Shown here: positions 31,576 to 40,977 of the stretch, piece after piece | Layout of the letters: the number at the start of each line of letters is the position of its first letter | Position numbering within the stretch: the stretch's first letter is position 1 | Notes under the pieces: model-generated | The model's input: the letters and a program-made list of their open reading frames with translations, nothing else | Databases searched by the model: none | What the model was told of the DNA's origin: nothing | Program-made: the position numbers and the translations under genes | Virus record (IMG/VR): IMGVR_UViG_3300032205_000001 | Span: 44,218 to 108,217 of that record | DNA length: 64,000 nt | Origin: a virus | Taxonomy: Duplodnaviria; Heunggongvirae; Uroviricota; Caudoviricetes | Direction: 5' to 3' (one strand)

Positions 31576-32507
31576 GAAATTCTCAGCGCGGCAGCGCAGC
31601 ACCAGCAGTAATTGGGACAATCGTCGGAGTCGTGGCTCTGTCTATCGGCATGGTCACGTGCGCGAAGCTGGAAAAGGTTCACCCAGGACACGTTGGTGTA
31701 TCCGTCAAGAAGTGCAGCGGGGGTGGTGTTTCGCCAGACCCGATTCCGACCGGCTACTACTGGCGTGAGTTGTTCTGTGAGGACGTCGTCGAGTACCCCA
31801 TCTCGATGCAGAGTCTCATCCTCACCAAGAACCCGCATGAAGGAACCGGCGGCACGAGCGGCAACGAGACAGATCAGTCCATCACCGTGACGTCGTCGGA
31901 GGGTCTCGGCATCGAAGTCGATGTGGCGCTGAATTTCACGCTCGACGCCAAGAAGGTTCCAGAGATCTACTCGAAGTGGCGCGACAACATCGAGAATATC
32001 GAACACAAGTACATCCGCCAGACCATCCGCGAGGGCCTGCAGGACATCTTCGCCAAGTACACGGCCGAGGAACTGTACTCGACGAAGAAAGAGACGGCTC
32101 GTGCTGAGGTCCAGACGTTCCTGGAAGGCAAGTTGACGCCGTTCGGGTTCATCATCTCTCAGTTCACGATCAATCGCATTGAGCCGCCAGCTCAGGTCAT
32201 TCAGGCCATCAACGCCAAGGTTGCGATGGTGCAGCAGGCCCAGCAGAGCGCTCAAGAGGTCAAGAAGAAGGAAGCGGAGGCGAACCAGCAGGTTGCTGTC
32301 GCAAAGGGCAAGGCTGACGCGATGAAGGCCGAAGCCGAGGGCGAGGCAGCTGCTATTACTCTCAGAGCCGATGCGCAGGCGAAGGCCAACAGGATCTTGG
32401 CCGAGTCAGTAACGCCGCAGCTGATCCAGTACCAGCAGGCGCTCAAGTGGGACGGCAAGCTACCGACGATGACCGGCGGTGCTGTTCCAATGATTCAAAT
32501 GAAGTAG
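31572..32507 (+). CDS. SPFH/Band-7 (HflK/C, stomatin-like) membrane protein
   Basis: TM helix followed by a Band-7 core and an Ala/Gln/Lys-rich coiled-coil tail; Met17 of track ORF 31524..32507. Confidence 0.65.
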   Translation: MRNSQRGSAAPAVIGTIVGVVALSIGMVTCAKLEKVHPGHVGVSVKKCSGGGVSPDPIPTGYYWRELFCEDVVEYPISMQSLILTKNPHEGTGGTSGNETDQSITVTSSEGLGIEVDVALNFTLDAKKVPEIYSKWRDNIENIEHKYIRQTIREGLQDIFAKYTAEELYSTKKETARAEVQTFLEGKLTPFGFIISQFTINRIEPPAQVIQAINAKVAMVQQAQQSAQEVKKKEAEANQQVAVAKGKADAMKAEAEGEAAAITLRADAQAKANRILAESVTPQLIQYQQALKWDGKLPTMTGGAVPMIQMK

Positions 32508-32631
32508 CGGCAACGTGCTACCTTGGGTGCATGCGGGGCCATTCTTTCATGTGCCTTCGTTGTATCGTGGACTGGTTGCTCAGCTGGTGGTTTCATAGGG
32601 CTCCGCTTCCTCGCGCTCAGGTCAATCGGAA

Positions 32632-33009
32632 ATGAAAGTCTTAGACCCTGGCCACCACTACGAGTTGGCTAGCCTCGACGAGGCGCAGCCGCCCAACGGC
32701 GTTTTGCTCCCTAATCGCCTGTTCTTCGTGAAGCGCGAGGGCCCTGGTTACCCCGGGAACATCGGGCACCATGCAGGAACAAATCTTCAAGAAGTTCTTA
32801 GGGTTCTGATCGATCGGGTCCAGTACCTGGACTGGCAGATTCCAGATCCGGCGAACCAGGCGGTTATCAAAAACCTACGTGAATGCATTCTTCAACTCGA
32901 ACTTCGAGCCGCAGAACGTCATGGTCGCGTGCTACCTGATACTAGGCTCGACATCGAGCGCGAGCCGGTTTGCAACGTATGCGGTCACATCGGATGCAAT
33001 CAGCATTGA
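32632..33009 (+). CDS. hypothetical protein (125 aa)
   Basis: ORF track. Confidence 0.5.
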   Translation: MKVLDPGHHYELASLDEAQPPNGVLLPNRLFFVKREGPGYPGNIGHHAGTNLQEVLRVLIDRVQYLDWQIPDPANQAVIKNLRECILQLELRAAERHGRVLPDTRLDIEREPVCNVCGHIGCNQH

Positions 33010-33059
33010 TTGACAATCGTGGGTAGCACCCCTACGGTGGCCGCACTGAGGTAAAGGAC
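33010..33059 (+). promoter_or_regulatory. promoter TTGACAATCG-N17-TACGGT with a 21-nt leader and GAGGTAAAGG Shine-Dalgarno for the ParB-like gene
   Basis: Same extended -35 as the other TTGACAATCG sites. Confidence 0.45.
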
Positions 33060-34028
33060 ATGTCCTTGAAGCTGGTGAAGCCACAAACGGCTGCCGAAAA
33101 GGCAACCCGTACCGTTACGGACACCGTCGTGGTGACGCCCGACGATGTGAAGCTTTGGAAAAAGCCACCGTTTCAGCGTCAGTTCACGAACAACGATAAG
33201 GTTCAGGAAGTCTCCGAGGAGATCGCCGAAACCGAGGTCATCCCTGGCGTTATCACATTGGGCTGGCTCAGTGGCGAAAAATACCTCATCGATGGCCAGC
33301 ATCGTGTCGAAGCCTTCCTGTTGAGTGGTCTACCCAAGGGTTACGTCGACACGCGAACCGCGCACTACAAGACGATGGCCGAAATGTCTGCGGAGTTCGA
33401 CCGACTCAACTCCAGCATTTCGAAGATGAAGCCGGACGACCGACTGCGGGCGTTGGAGTACAACGAGGACAACCACCTCGCCAAATTTCGCAAGCAGTGT
33501 CCATTCGTCGGCTACAACAAGAGCGGCAAGGGCGAAGACGGCGGAAGCGTTATTCTCTCGATGGGAAGCACGATTCGCTGCTGGAATATGTCCTCTAAGG
33601 AGGTCCCGATTTCCGGCGGTGGCGCTTCGGCAGGTGGCATCGTCGAAATCGCCAAGCGATTCACCGCCGAGGATGCCGACCTGCTCTCGGAGTTCCTGAA
33701 CACGGCGTACGACGCTTGGGGAACCGACAAGGAGTATCGGGGTCTCTGGAAGAACCTGAACCTGACCATCTGCATGTGGCTGTACCGTCGCCTGGTCATT
33801 ACCGGCCATTCCGCCAAGAGCGTCAGGATCTCCAAGACGCTTTTCCAGAAGTGCCTCATGTCGCTCTCGGCGAACGAATCGTACTTGGCCTGGCTCGTGG
33901 GTCGGAACAGCTCGGACCGCACCCGCTCGCCGGCCTACAAGAAGATCAAGGACATCTTCTCGAAGCGCATCAACGAGGAGTCTGGCTCCAAGCCGAAGCT
34001 GCCGCAGCCCAAGTGGAGTGCGAGCTGA
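33060..34028 (+). CDS. ParB-like nuclease domain protein with DGQHR motif
   Basis: YLIDGQHRVEAF motif (DGQHR / ParB N-terminal-domain family); own promoter TTGACAATCG-N17-TACGGT plus GAGGTAAAGG Shine-Dalgarno. Confidence 0.6.
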   Translation: MSLKLVKPQTAAEKATRTVTDTVVVTPDDVKLWKKPPFQRQFTNNDKVQEVSEEIAETEVIPGVITLGWLSGEKYLIDGQHRVEAFLLSGLPKGYVDTRTAHYKTMAEMSAEFDRLNSSISKMKPDDRLRALEYNEDNHLAKFRKQCPFVGYNKSGKGEDGGSVILSMGSTIRCWNMSSKEVPISGGGASAGGIVEIAKRFTAEDADLLSEFLNTAYDAWGTDKEYRGLWKNLNLTICMWLYRRLVITGHSAKSVRISKTLFQKCLMSLSANESYLAWLVGRNSSDRTRSPAYKKIKDIFSKRINEESGSKPKLPQPKWSAS

Positions 34029-34399
34029 TGGCGGACTGGAAGGAAGTTCTCCGCGTTCTTGTGCTCGAAGAAGGCGCAATCGACCGCAAGGTCTACGTTG
34101 CGCAGGCGCTCGAACAAGACATGGCTACCCAGGTATCGCCCGGAGAATCGCTACAAGGCGTCATCGAGGCTCTTGGTTTCATGTTCGATGCTAGCGACAA
34201 GATTCGCGCTGAGCATCCAGATGCCGAGCCAATTCCGAGGACGCCTCAGGCCTACTGGGACGGCTGGCAGAACAACTCGTTCAGGATCGGACTCTTCGAT
34301 CTTGGTGCCAAGAGAATGGCCGATGTTCGTCTTCTGCGCGACAGCTATGCCATCGCAGTTGGCGGCAGAAAGCCTCCTGAGTTATTGAAGCGGACATGA
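34028..34399 (+). CDS. hypothetical protein (123 aa)
   Basis: Met105 of track ORF 33716..34399; TGATG overlap. Confidence 0.4.
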   Translation: MADWKEVLRVLVLEEGAIDRKVYVAQALEQDMATQVSPGESLQGVIEALGFMFDASDKIRAEHPDAEPIPRTPQAYWDGWQNNSFRIGLFDLGAKRMADVRLLRDSYAIAVGGRKPPELLKRT

Positions 34400-34761
34400 A
34401 TATGGAAGACGAAGACACGCCAGTTGTGCCGTTAGATCACCGTATGGAGGTCGAGCAGCTCAAGGCACAGATCGATTCCCTTCGTGTCGAGCGCGATAAG
34501 CTCGCCAAGCGAGACGGCCTCCTCAAGATGTACGAGGTTGCGCTCAAGGTCCCGATTGGTCACATCGTCGAGTTGGTCAAGGCCGGCATCGAATGGCGCC
34601 ACAATCAAGGCGACAAGCTCGCCAACGAGCGTCTTTGTGCTGCCATCGATCATGCGGCACGAGAAGAAGCAGACCGTGGAAAGCCCACGAAGTGCCAGAA
34701 GACCGGCGTTCACGAGTTCGTCAACGATGTCTGCCGTCACTGCGGAATCGTCGATGACTGA
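34396..34761 (+). CDS. hypothetical protein (121 aa, coiled-coil plus C-terminal CxxC)
   Basis: ORF track. Confidence 0.45.
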   Translation: MNMEDEDTPVVPLDHRMEVEQLKAQIDSLRVERDKLAKRDGLLKMYEVALKVPIGHIVELVKAGIEWRHNQGDKLANERLCAAIDHAAREEADRGKPTKCQKTGVHEFVNDVCRHCGIVDD

Positions 34762-35044
34762 ACGCAAGCTTGGTCCTCACATGAAGAGCCTCATCGCCCA
34801 ATTCATGGCGAATCTCGCGATTCCGCCGGGCGGCGGCTTTCATGACGGCATCAAGGCAATCATGACGCCGGGCAAGCTTGGAGAGCATTTCAAGATTGCA
34901 ATGACGCAAGCGTTTGCGTCGGTTGACGCCGTGAAGGCCACGCACGACAACCCATATGGAAACGACGACGAGAAAATTGCCGAGGCTCTGATCAAGATGG
35001 TCAAGCAGCGCCAAGAAGAACGGATGGCGCGTCTTCGCAAATGA
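34754..35044 (+). CDS. hypothetical protein (96 aa)
   Basis: Met91 of track ORF 34484..35044. Confidence 0.4.
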   Translation: MTERKLGPHMKSLIAQFMANLAIPPGGGFHDGIKAIMTPGKLGEHFKIAMTQAFASVDAVKATHDNPYGNDDEKIAEALIKMVKQRQEERMARLRK

Positions 35045-35646
35045 CGGCGAGCAAGGCCCATCGAAGACGTAAACGAAAGGGCTGCTGGGTCTGCGGCATC
35101 CGGTTCGAGCGTGACCACACGCTTCCGACGGCACAGCGAAATACGTGCGGAGGATGCTTCTATGATCGAACGCTTCTGGATTACTGCACGACTCGTCTCG
35201 ACGAGACCTATTTTCTCATCGTCGATGGTTCATTTCTGACGTTTAGCGGCGAACGAAACGTCTCTGAACCTGGCTTCGGTGGTGCTGGTTTGGTTTTGAT
35301 CAATGCGGAAGGAAAGGTCATAGCCACGAAGTCTTGTGGTTTCGAGGCCGAGCACAGTGCTGACGCAGAATTTGAAGCGATTCGCAGGGGTGGTCGATGG
35401 ATGCCGATCGTAACCATCTATTCGGACAGCCAGAGCCATGTTGAGCGGATGCGCGGCGAGATGTCTCGCGATGTTCGGTACCTCAAAAAGAAACAGCGAT
35501 TCGAAGCGTTCGAGTTGGCCCATAAGCTCAGCGTTGAAGGCCGGCTTCGATTCCAACAATGGTTTTTAGCGCAGACGGAGGAAAAGGATGACGCGGCAGG
35601 AGAAAATCGAGGACATCAAGAAGAATCCGCACCTGCACGAACATGA
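35041..35646 (+). CDS. RNase H-like protein with N-terminal zinc ribbon
   Basis: CWVCG...CGGC followed by FLIVDGS..GGAGLVLINAEGK..AEHSADAEFEAI..IYSDS, an RNase HI-like pattern. Confidence 0.5.
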   Translation: MTASKAHRRRKRKGCWVCGIRFERDHTLPTAQRNTCGGCFYDRTLLDYCTTRLDETYFLIVDGSFLTFSGERNVSEPGFGGAGLVLINAEGKVIATKSCGFEAEHSADAEFEAIRRGGRWMPIVTIYSDSQSHVERMRGEMSRDVRYLKKKQRFEAFELAHKLSVEGRLRFQQWFLAQTEEKDDAAGENRGHQEESAPART

Positions 35647-35797
35647 CTTCGCTGGCCTTCAGCGTTGCTGTTTCATCAACGGTGCGATGGATCTAGGCGT
35701 GATGGACGCCCACTCTCAGTACGTCAATATGGGAACGAACGGCGGAACGCGCTGCGACGTGCGCAGTGGCCCTTGTGCGTGCGGAGCCTGGCATTGA
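35588..35797 (+). CDS. Cys-rich hypothetical protein (69 aa)
   Basis: ORF track; GGAGGAAAAGG Shine-Dalgarno. Confidence 0.4.
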   Translation: MTRQEKIEDIKKNPHLHEHDFAGLQRCCFINGAMDLGVMDAHSQYVNMGTNGGTRCDVRSGPCACGAWH

Positions 35798-36012
35798 AGC
35801 CAGAGGCAATCGCTGAAGACTTTGATGCGGTATGTCCTGAGTGCGGGTCGTCGCAGGTGAAGCTCGTATCCGTAGGAGATCCTTCGAAGGCTGGGTCAAC
35901 GAATACGACCAAGGCCGTGGATATTTCGATCACAGTCATGGAGTTTCTGCAGTTTCTGTCCTGTCGTGGCTGTGGCCATTCATGGAATCTTCCTCTAAGA
36001 GGGAGTGCATGA
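35794..36012 (+). CDS. zinc-ribbon protein (72 aa, TTG start?)
   Basis: In frame with track ORF 35665..36012. Confidence 0.3.
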   Translation: MKPEAIAEDFDAVCPECGSSQVKLVSVGDPSKAGSTNTTKAVDISITVMEFLQFLSCRGCGHSWNLPLRGSA

Positions 36013-36284
36013 CGGTCGATCGCTACAAACTTGAGGACAGATCGCACGAGCTAGCAGCTCAATGCCGCTGCTACAGCTACAACGGACCCTGTCGTTTTTG
36101 TCGTGAGCTGGAGAAAGTTCACCGTCAGCTCGACAGGATGGACGCCGAGGAAGACGTGATCAAGGAGATCACAGCCTGGATTACCAGCGCGAAGTTCCAG
36201 GCGATAAGCACCAGAGAGTTCGTCGATGCGGTGAGTTACGGGCTCGCCACGCGGGCGTGGAAGAAGACTGAAGGTGAACTGTAG
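36009..36284 (+). CDS. hypothetical protein (91 aa)
   Basis: Met57 of track ORF 35841..36284. Confidence 0.4.
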   Translation: MTVDRYKLEDRSHELAAQCRCYSYNGPCRFCRELEKVHRQLDRMDAEEDVIKEITAWITSAKFQAISTREFVDAVSYGLATRAWKKTEGEL

Positions 36285-36291
36285 ATAGGGC

Positions 36292-36522
36292 ATGCCCTGC
36301 TACATCCGCTATAGCAGTCCAACTCGACAAGGTTTCGTGAAGCGCCTCCATGGGCTGGCCAACGAGGTCTTCCTATCCGAGCATGCCGGAAGCGGCGAGA
36401 TGTTCGATACCCGTGAGGCGGCGGTAGCTTGGGTGCTCCACTACTTGGACGCTCGCATCGTGAAGAATGCCAGCGACCTCAGCACGCTCGAACCGACTTG
36501 CTTCATCCAGGAAATTAGGTGA
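36292..36522 (+). CDS. hypothetical protein (76 aa)
   Basis: ORF track. Confidence 0.4.
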   Translation: MPCYIRYSSPTRQGFVKRLHGLANEVFLSEHAGSGEMFDTREAAVAWVLHYLDARIVKNASDLSTLEPTCFIQEIR

Positions 36523-36531
36523 AGGAAGGGG

Positions 36532-36801
36532 ATGCACATCAACACCCCAGATGCTGCCAACCAGTTTCGCTCGTTCATTCAGGGCTGGAAGGACGGCGCC
36601 AGTAGCAAGGCAATGCAGCCGAAGTTCACGGAGCACACCAACAAGCTCATCGTGGCCGCTTACAACGCTGGCTATGGGCGAGGTCGGCAAGATCTCAACG
36701 CTGTAGCTCAGACGGCAGCAGAGGCCTACGGCTATACAATCTCCGTTCTTCGTCTTATGGATGGAGACCATGGAGAAGTCAGGACCGACGATCTTTCTTG
36801 A
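36532..36801 (+). CDS. hypothetical protein (89 aa)
   Basis: ORF track. Confidence 0.4.
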   Translation: MHINTPDAANQFRSFIQGWKDGASSKAMQPKFTEHTNKLIVAAYNAGYGRGRQDLNAVAQTAAEAYGYTISVLRLMDGDHGEVRTDDLS

Positions 36802-36991
36802 TTACGCTGAGCAACAGGGTGGTTTCGAGAAGCCGCCGGATGGTCTCAATCAGGAAAAATGCCCAAAGTGCGGTGACGAGACGATCGCAGGATTCGGCCT
36901 GCTAGGCGGTGGATACGGGCCGTATATCTGCTGCAACAGCTGCGACTGGTTCTACAAACGGCAAGAGGAAATCAAAAAGGGACCCGACTAA
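36761..36991 (+). CDS. zinc-ribbon protein (76 aa)
   Basis: ORF track. Confidence 0.35.
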   Translation: METMEKSGPTIFLDYAEQQGGFEKPPDGLNQEKCPKCGDETIAGFGLLGGGYGPYICCNSCDWFYKRQEEIKKGPD

Positions 36992-37221
36992 TGGAGCTGT
37001 CTGAGATTTGGACTTGCGGCTGCGGCGCTGAAAATACCGGCGACGTCTTCTACGGGACGTGCTGGAAGTGCGGCGTATCGTGGGCCAAAGAACCGCTCAA
37101 GATAGAAACCGCTGAAGAGCTGAATATGTGCCCGGAGTGCAAGTCGACGGATGGCTTCCACACGATGAACTGCACGAAGGCCGAATGGCCAGACTGGTAC
37201 AAAGAACAGCTCAAGAAGTGA
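36991..37221 (+). CDS. zinc-ribbon protein (76 aa)
   Basis: ORF track. Confidence 0.4.
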   Translation: MELSEIWTCGCGAENTGDVFYGTCWKCGVSWAKEPLKIETAEELNMCPECKSTDGFHTMNCTKAEWPDWYKEQLKK

Positions 37222-37258
37222 CCTAGACAATTCGGGTTATCGGTGGGATGGTCGGCGG

Positions 37259-37732
37259 GTGATTTACGAAATCGTCAATCCGTCGGATGCAGTGACCATC
37301 GAAGCCGAGGATAGTTTCCTGGCTTCTGTAGCCGTCATCGTCCTCGGCCATGGCGCGTACGGGTTGTACGACGAAGACGACAGGATGGTTCTTCCGCTGT
37401 TCCGCTTCGAGAACGGCGAGAAGCTCGTCGCCTGGCTTCATGAGAACGGCGTCAACCCCGACGAGATGAAGCAGTTCTACGTCAAGCACGGGGAAGAACT
37501 GGCGACCATCATGGAGTCGGTCGTCTACGGCAAGATTGCCGACCGGAAGGCCATCCTGGCGATGACCGAGAAGATGACGAAGGCAGACAAAATCAAGGCG
37601 TTGGCCAGATATAACGACGAGAAGCGTAGCTCGACGAACGATATCGGTGCCGCTGCGCTGGAACTTGCTAAATTCTTTCGCAAGGCGGCAGCTGTAGAAG
37701 CTCCGACGCCTCCGCCCACGAAAGTGGCGTGA
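37259..37732 (+). CDS. hypothetical protein (157 aa, GTG start)
   Basis: ORF track. Confidence 0.45.
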   Translation: MIYEIVNPSDAVTIEAEDSFLASVAVIVLGHGAYGLYDEDDRMVLPLFRFENGEKLVAWLHENGVNPDEMKQFYVKHGEELATIMESVVYGKIADRKAILAMTEKMTKADKIKALARYNDEKRSSTNDIGAAALELAKFFRKAAAVEAPTPPPTKVA

Positions 37733-37763
37733 AACAACCACGACTCTCAACTGTAGGTACGCG

Positions 37764-38537
37764 ATGGCTCTTTCTAACTGGGATACGCTCGCCGTAGACG
37801 AAAACGGCGAATCCACCAACGGCATTTTCACTTCGCCTAACGGCGTTTCAGTCGAGTTCTACAAGAACTGGCTGTACGTTCGAGACAAGAAGGGCTGGCA
37901 GGAGGGCGGCCGGTTTGTCGAGCCGACCGTGATGCAGGTCGACAACGGGACCCTCTCGTACAAGGACGTCAGCATCTGTGCCATCCGTGGCCCGCAGAAC
38001 GGCGTCTATGCCGTCGTGGAGAGCACGATCTATCCGCCGCACCTCACCGAGGACTGCGCGAAGTGCAAGGCCAAGGCGAAGTCATACTGGCACGAGAAGA
38101 ACTGCGCAGACTTCGTCGACACCAAGCATCTGGTGATGATCGGATGCGGCGTCTACGGCTACGACGGCGAGGAGTGGGTTGGAGTCGATGACGAGAGCAA
38201 GAAGTTCCTCGCCAGCTGGATTCAGAAGGCCGATCAAGATGAACTGGCGATGCCTCGTTCGCTGTTCAACAAGCTTTCTGGCGAAGCGGAAATCAAGGCG
38301 CACTTCGCCACCAAGGGTCAGACCGTGACCAGGGTGACCGAGGAGAACGTCTTCATCGCCTACGAGAGCTTCGGTTTCGAGGAACACGTTCGCAAGATCG
38401 ACCTCTCGAAGGCGCTCCGGTTCAACCAGGGTGATGCATTCTTCGCAAACAAGGTCGGAACCGACATCCCGGCTACGCCGACCGGCACGGCCGAGGAGCC
38501 TTGGCTGACGAAGATGCTCAAGAACGATGCACCCTGA
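37764..38537 (+). CDS. hypothetical protein (257 aa)
   Basis: ORF track. Confidence 0.5.
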   Translation: MALSNWDTLAVDENGESTNGIFTSPNGVSVEFYKNWLYVRDKKGWQEGGRFVEPTVMQVDNGTLSYKDVSICAIRGPQNGVYAVVESTIYPPHLTEDCAKCKAKAKSYWHEKNCADFVDTKHLVMIGCGVYGYDGEEWVGVDDESKKFLASWIQKADQDELAMPRSLFNKLSGEAEIKAHFATKGQTVTRVTEENVFIAYESFGFEEHVRKIDLSKALRFNQGDAFFANKVGTDIPATPTGTAEEPWLTKMLKNDAP

Positions 38538-38790
38538 TCCGAAAGTCACGCACGCCTACCTGGGCTTCCTGCGCTGCGGCCACCTGAATTGGATGGGCGT
38601 CGACGAACGTGATCCAGAAGAGGCTGACAGCCTCGCTGACGACGTTGCGGAGGTTATCCGTGGTGGCGGGTGGGTCACACGGGTGACGCTGGAAGATGCC
38701 CGTGCGACGCCGTTCGGGTGCCCGGACGACTGTCCTCTTTCAATTAAGAACAGCCTGGCGTACAGAGCCAAGAGTGCTGATAAACGCTGA
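38527..38790 (+). CDS. hypothetical protein (87 aa)
   Basis: ORF track. Confidence 0.4.
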   Translation: MHPDPKVTHAYLGFLRCGHLNWMGVDERDPEEADSLADDVAEVIRGGGWVTRVTLEDARATPFGCPDDCPLSIKNSLAYRAKSADKR

Positions 38791-39163
38791 CCAGCTGCTG
38801 GCTCACGCCGTAGGCGACTACATCATCCAATCGGACTGGATGGCGACCGAGAAGACCAAGAAGTCTCTTGCGGCAATCGTCCACGTGGTGACCTACACGT
38901 TGCCGTTCCTGCTGCTCACGACGCAAGTGCTTGCGCTGGCCGTTATCTGCGTGACGCATTTTGTGATCGATCGTTGGCGACTCGCCAGATACGTCATCTG
39001 GCTCAGGAACGGCATCTGGTCTCGACAGAAGCCGTGGAGCGAATGTCAGAAGTTCGGGACACCGCCGACGACGCCGGATTGGCTGGCTGGTTGGCTTTTG
39101 ATCTTCACAGACAACATCATGCACGTGCTTATCAACGGCGCTGCCCTGAAGTGGCTCACATGA
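38774..39163 (+). CDS. multi-pass membrane protein (DUF3307-like, GTG start)
   Basis: DYIIQSDWMATEKTK plus three hydrophobic helices; in frame with track ORF 38696. Confidence 0.4.
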   Translation: MLINADQLLAHAVGDYIIQSDWMATEKTKKSLAAIVHVVTYTLPFLLLTTQVLALAVICVTHFVIDRWRLARYVIWLRNGIWSRQKPWSECQKFGTPPTTPDWLAGWLLIFTDNIMHVLINGAALKWLT

Positions 39164-39552
39164 CCGTCGACCCCGCCAAGCTGAAAGCGATACTTTACAG
39201 CGCAACACGCTTTCCGTGGAAATACACGTATGCGTACAACAACGGCGGGATGCCGACAGCCGATTTCTACATCCCTGGCCACAACGGCAATGCCACAGTC
39301 GAAATATTGGCCGACGATGCCGCACTGATTGTTGAAGGCTTGCCGATGCTGCAGGAGCTGCTGGAGCTGTACGAGGCGGCGATCAAATTCAAGCAGGCGC
39401 ATCTCAGCGGTGAAGAAATTGAACTGCTGGACGAGGTAGATCGACAGCTTGCCAGTGGCAAGGTGTTCGCTAGACGAGACGATTTGCTCGACATCGTCAA
39501 CCGCATGTTGCCGGAGGCAGAGGATGACACTGGTGCCGAAGAAGAAACCTAA
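39160..39552 (+). CDS. hypothetical protein (130 aa)
   Basis: Met63 of track ORF 38974..39552. Confidence 0.4.
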   Translation: MTVDPAKLKAILYSATRFPWKYTYAYNNGGMPTADFYIPGHNGNATVEILADDAALIVEGLPMLQELLELYEAAIKFKQAHLSGEEIELLDEVDRQLASGKVFARRDDLLDIVNRMLPEAEDDTGAEEET

Positions 39553-39784
39553 GCACATCGTGGAATACGTGAAGCAGACGGGTGGCTTCACTGATCAGTT
39601 CAAGTGCAGCTGCGGATGGCTGAGCAACGGTTACTGGGACCTTCCAGAAGCCGCCTGGGACGAATGGCTGGTTCATGCCTTCGATACCAAAACCGAAGTC
39701 CGTGAAGTCGATAAGGCCTCACAGGCGCGAGCCGTCAAAGAACGAGACGACCACGCCGAATTTCGCAAGAGGTTCGTACGATGA
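39524..39784 (+). CDS. hypothetical protein (86 aa)
   Basis: Met26 of track ORF 39449..39784. Confidence 0.35.
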   Translation: MTLVPKKKPKHIVEYVKQTGGFTDQFKCSCGWLSNGYWDLPEAAWDEWLVHAFDTKTEVREVDKASQARAVKERDDHAEFRKRFVR

Positions 39785-40083
39785 AACCGTTGCCAGCAGG
39801 AATCTACAAGCACTACAAGGGTCACTTTTATCAGGTCATCGGGTATGGTCATGACGCCAACTACGAGGACCGGATCACGGTGATCTATATCGGGCTCCAA
39901 CTGATCGATGCCCACACGGGACCCAGGTTTGCCACCAGGACCGCCGAGAGCGACGACCCGACGGTGGATGCCTGGTTCGACTACGTTCATGCCGATGGGT
40001 CGAAGTGCGTCCACACTGAAATCGACGACTGCTCGGACCGCAAACAGCGCTTTGCGTACGTCGGTCCAGCATGGAACCCATGA
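39781..40083 (+). CDS. DUF1653-like protein
   Basis: GIYKHYKGHFYQVIG matches the DUF1653 signature. Confidence 0.5.
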   Translation: MKPLPAGIYKHYKGHFYQVIGYGHDANYEDRITVIYIGLQLIDAHTGPRFATRTAESDDPTVDAWFDYVHADGSKCVHTEIDDCSDRKQRFAYVGPAWNP

Positions 40084-40310
40084 GCCAGAAGCCAAATCCA
40101 CGGCGTGGCCAGAAGCGACACCAGGACAACGGTCCCACCTGGGAGGGTGGGCCTCCAAATTCTGGAAGTAACAGCACCCATGTCGCGCGTGCGCGGAAGA
40201 AGTGGAAGCGCAGGGCGAACCGCAGCTTGCGCCGTACGGGGACAGTAACGCCGAAGTTCATGTCGATGGCCGGCAGCAGTGCTCGTCGACCTAAGCCGCC
40301 GGAGGAGTAG
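40080..40310 (+). CDS. very basic small protein (76 aa)
   Basis: Met4 of track ORF 40071; Lys/Arg-rich. Confidence 0.35.
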   Translation: MSQKPNPRRGQKRHQDNGPTWEGGPPNSGSNSTHVARARKKWKRRANRSLRRTGTVTPKFMSMAGSSARRPKPPEE

Positions 40311-40712
40311 ATGGGCTACACAGATATCTTCAAAACGATCGATCCAGAAGAGATCGAGAAGAAACGTCCTGAGGTCCCTAATGCAGCTCTGATCGCCAAC
40401 ACCAGGAATGGCGGCGTCGTTCTTCATGCGAGACCAGGCTGCACCCTGTTCTACGAGATGCACGAGGTCGGATCATCACGGGTTGACGACTACGGCTTCG
40501 ACGACGCGCCTGAGGGGCTGACGGTCTGGGAGGGTACTGCCGCCTGGCAGCCTGGCGGTTACGAGACGCCACAGGACGGGATGACTATCTATGAGGGTAC
40601 CTACCGTCGTCTGACCGACGAGGAAATCGCCAAGGTCCAAAAAGGCGAGCAGCTCTGGCCACCACTAACGGAGTACATCGATGGCGACGAAGACGAAGGA
40701 ACGGAAGTCTAA
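40311..40712 (+). CDS. hypothetical protein (133 aa)
   Basis: ORF track. Confidence 0.45.
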   Translation: MGYTDIFKTIDPEEIEKKRPEVPNAALIANTRNGGVVLHARPGCTLFYEMHEVGSSRVDDYGFDDAPEGLTVWEGTAAWQPGGYETPQDGMTIYEGTYRRLTDEEIAKVQKGEQLWPPLTEYIDGDEDEGTEV

Positions 40713-40977
40713 GGAGACCTACCGTCAGTGCGAGATGGTTTCAGTCCCCGGTGGCAAGCGCTATGTCGCCTGGCTTCCAACCAAGGAAGTCAAAATTGGG
40801 CGCGTCATCCGCATCGATGATGTTGAAGGTATCTGGAAAATCGTTGACGCTGGCACGCCACGTCCCGATTACATCGTTGAGGCGTACGCAGAAAACGGTC
40901 GCAAGGGGCTTCCAGATGGCTCAGGCCCAAGCACGCCCATGAGGGATGCTGATGAGCAGCGACGAAAAGGAACGTAA
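40681..40977 (+). CDS. hypothetical protein (98 aa)
   Basis: ORF track. Confidence 0.35.
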   Translation: MATKTKERKSKETYRQCEMVSVPGGKRYVAWLPTKEVKIGRVIRIDDVEGIWKIVDAGTPRPDYIVEAYAENGRKGLPDGSGPSTPMRDADEQRRKGT

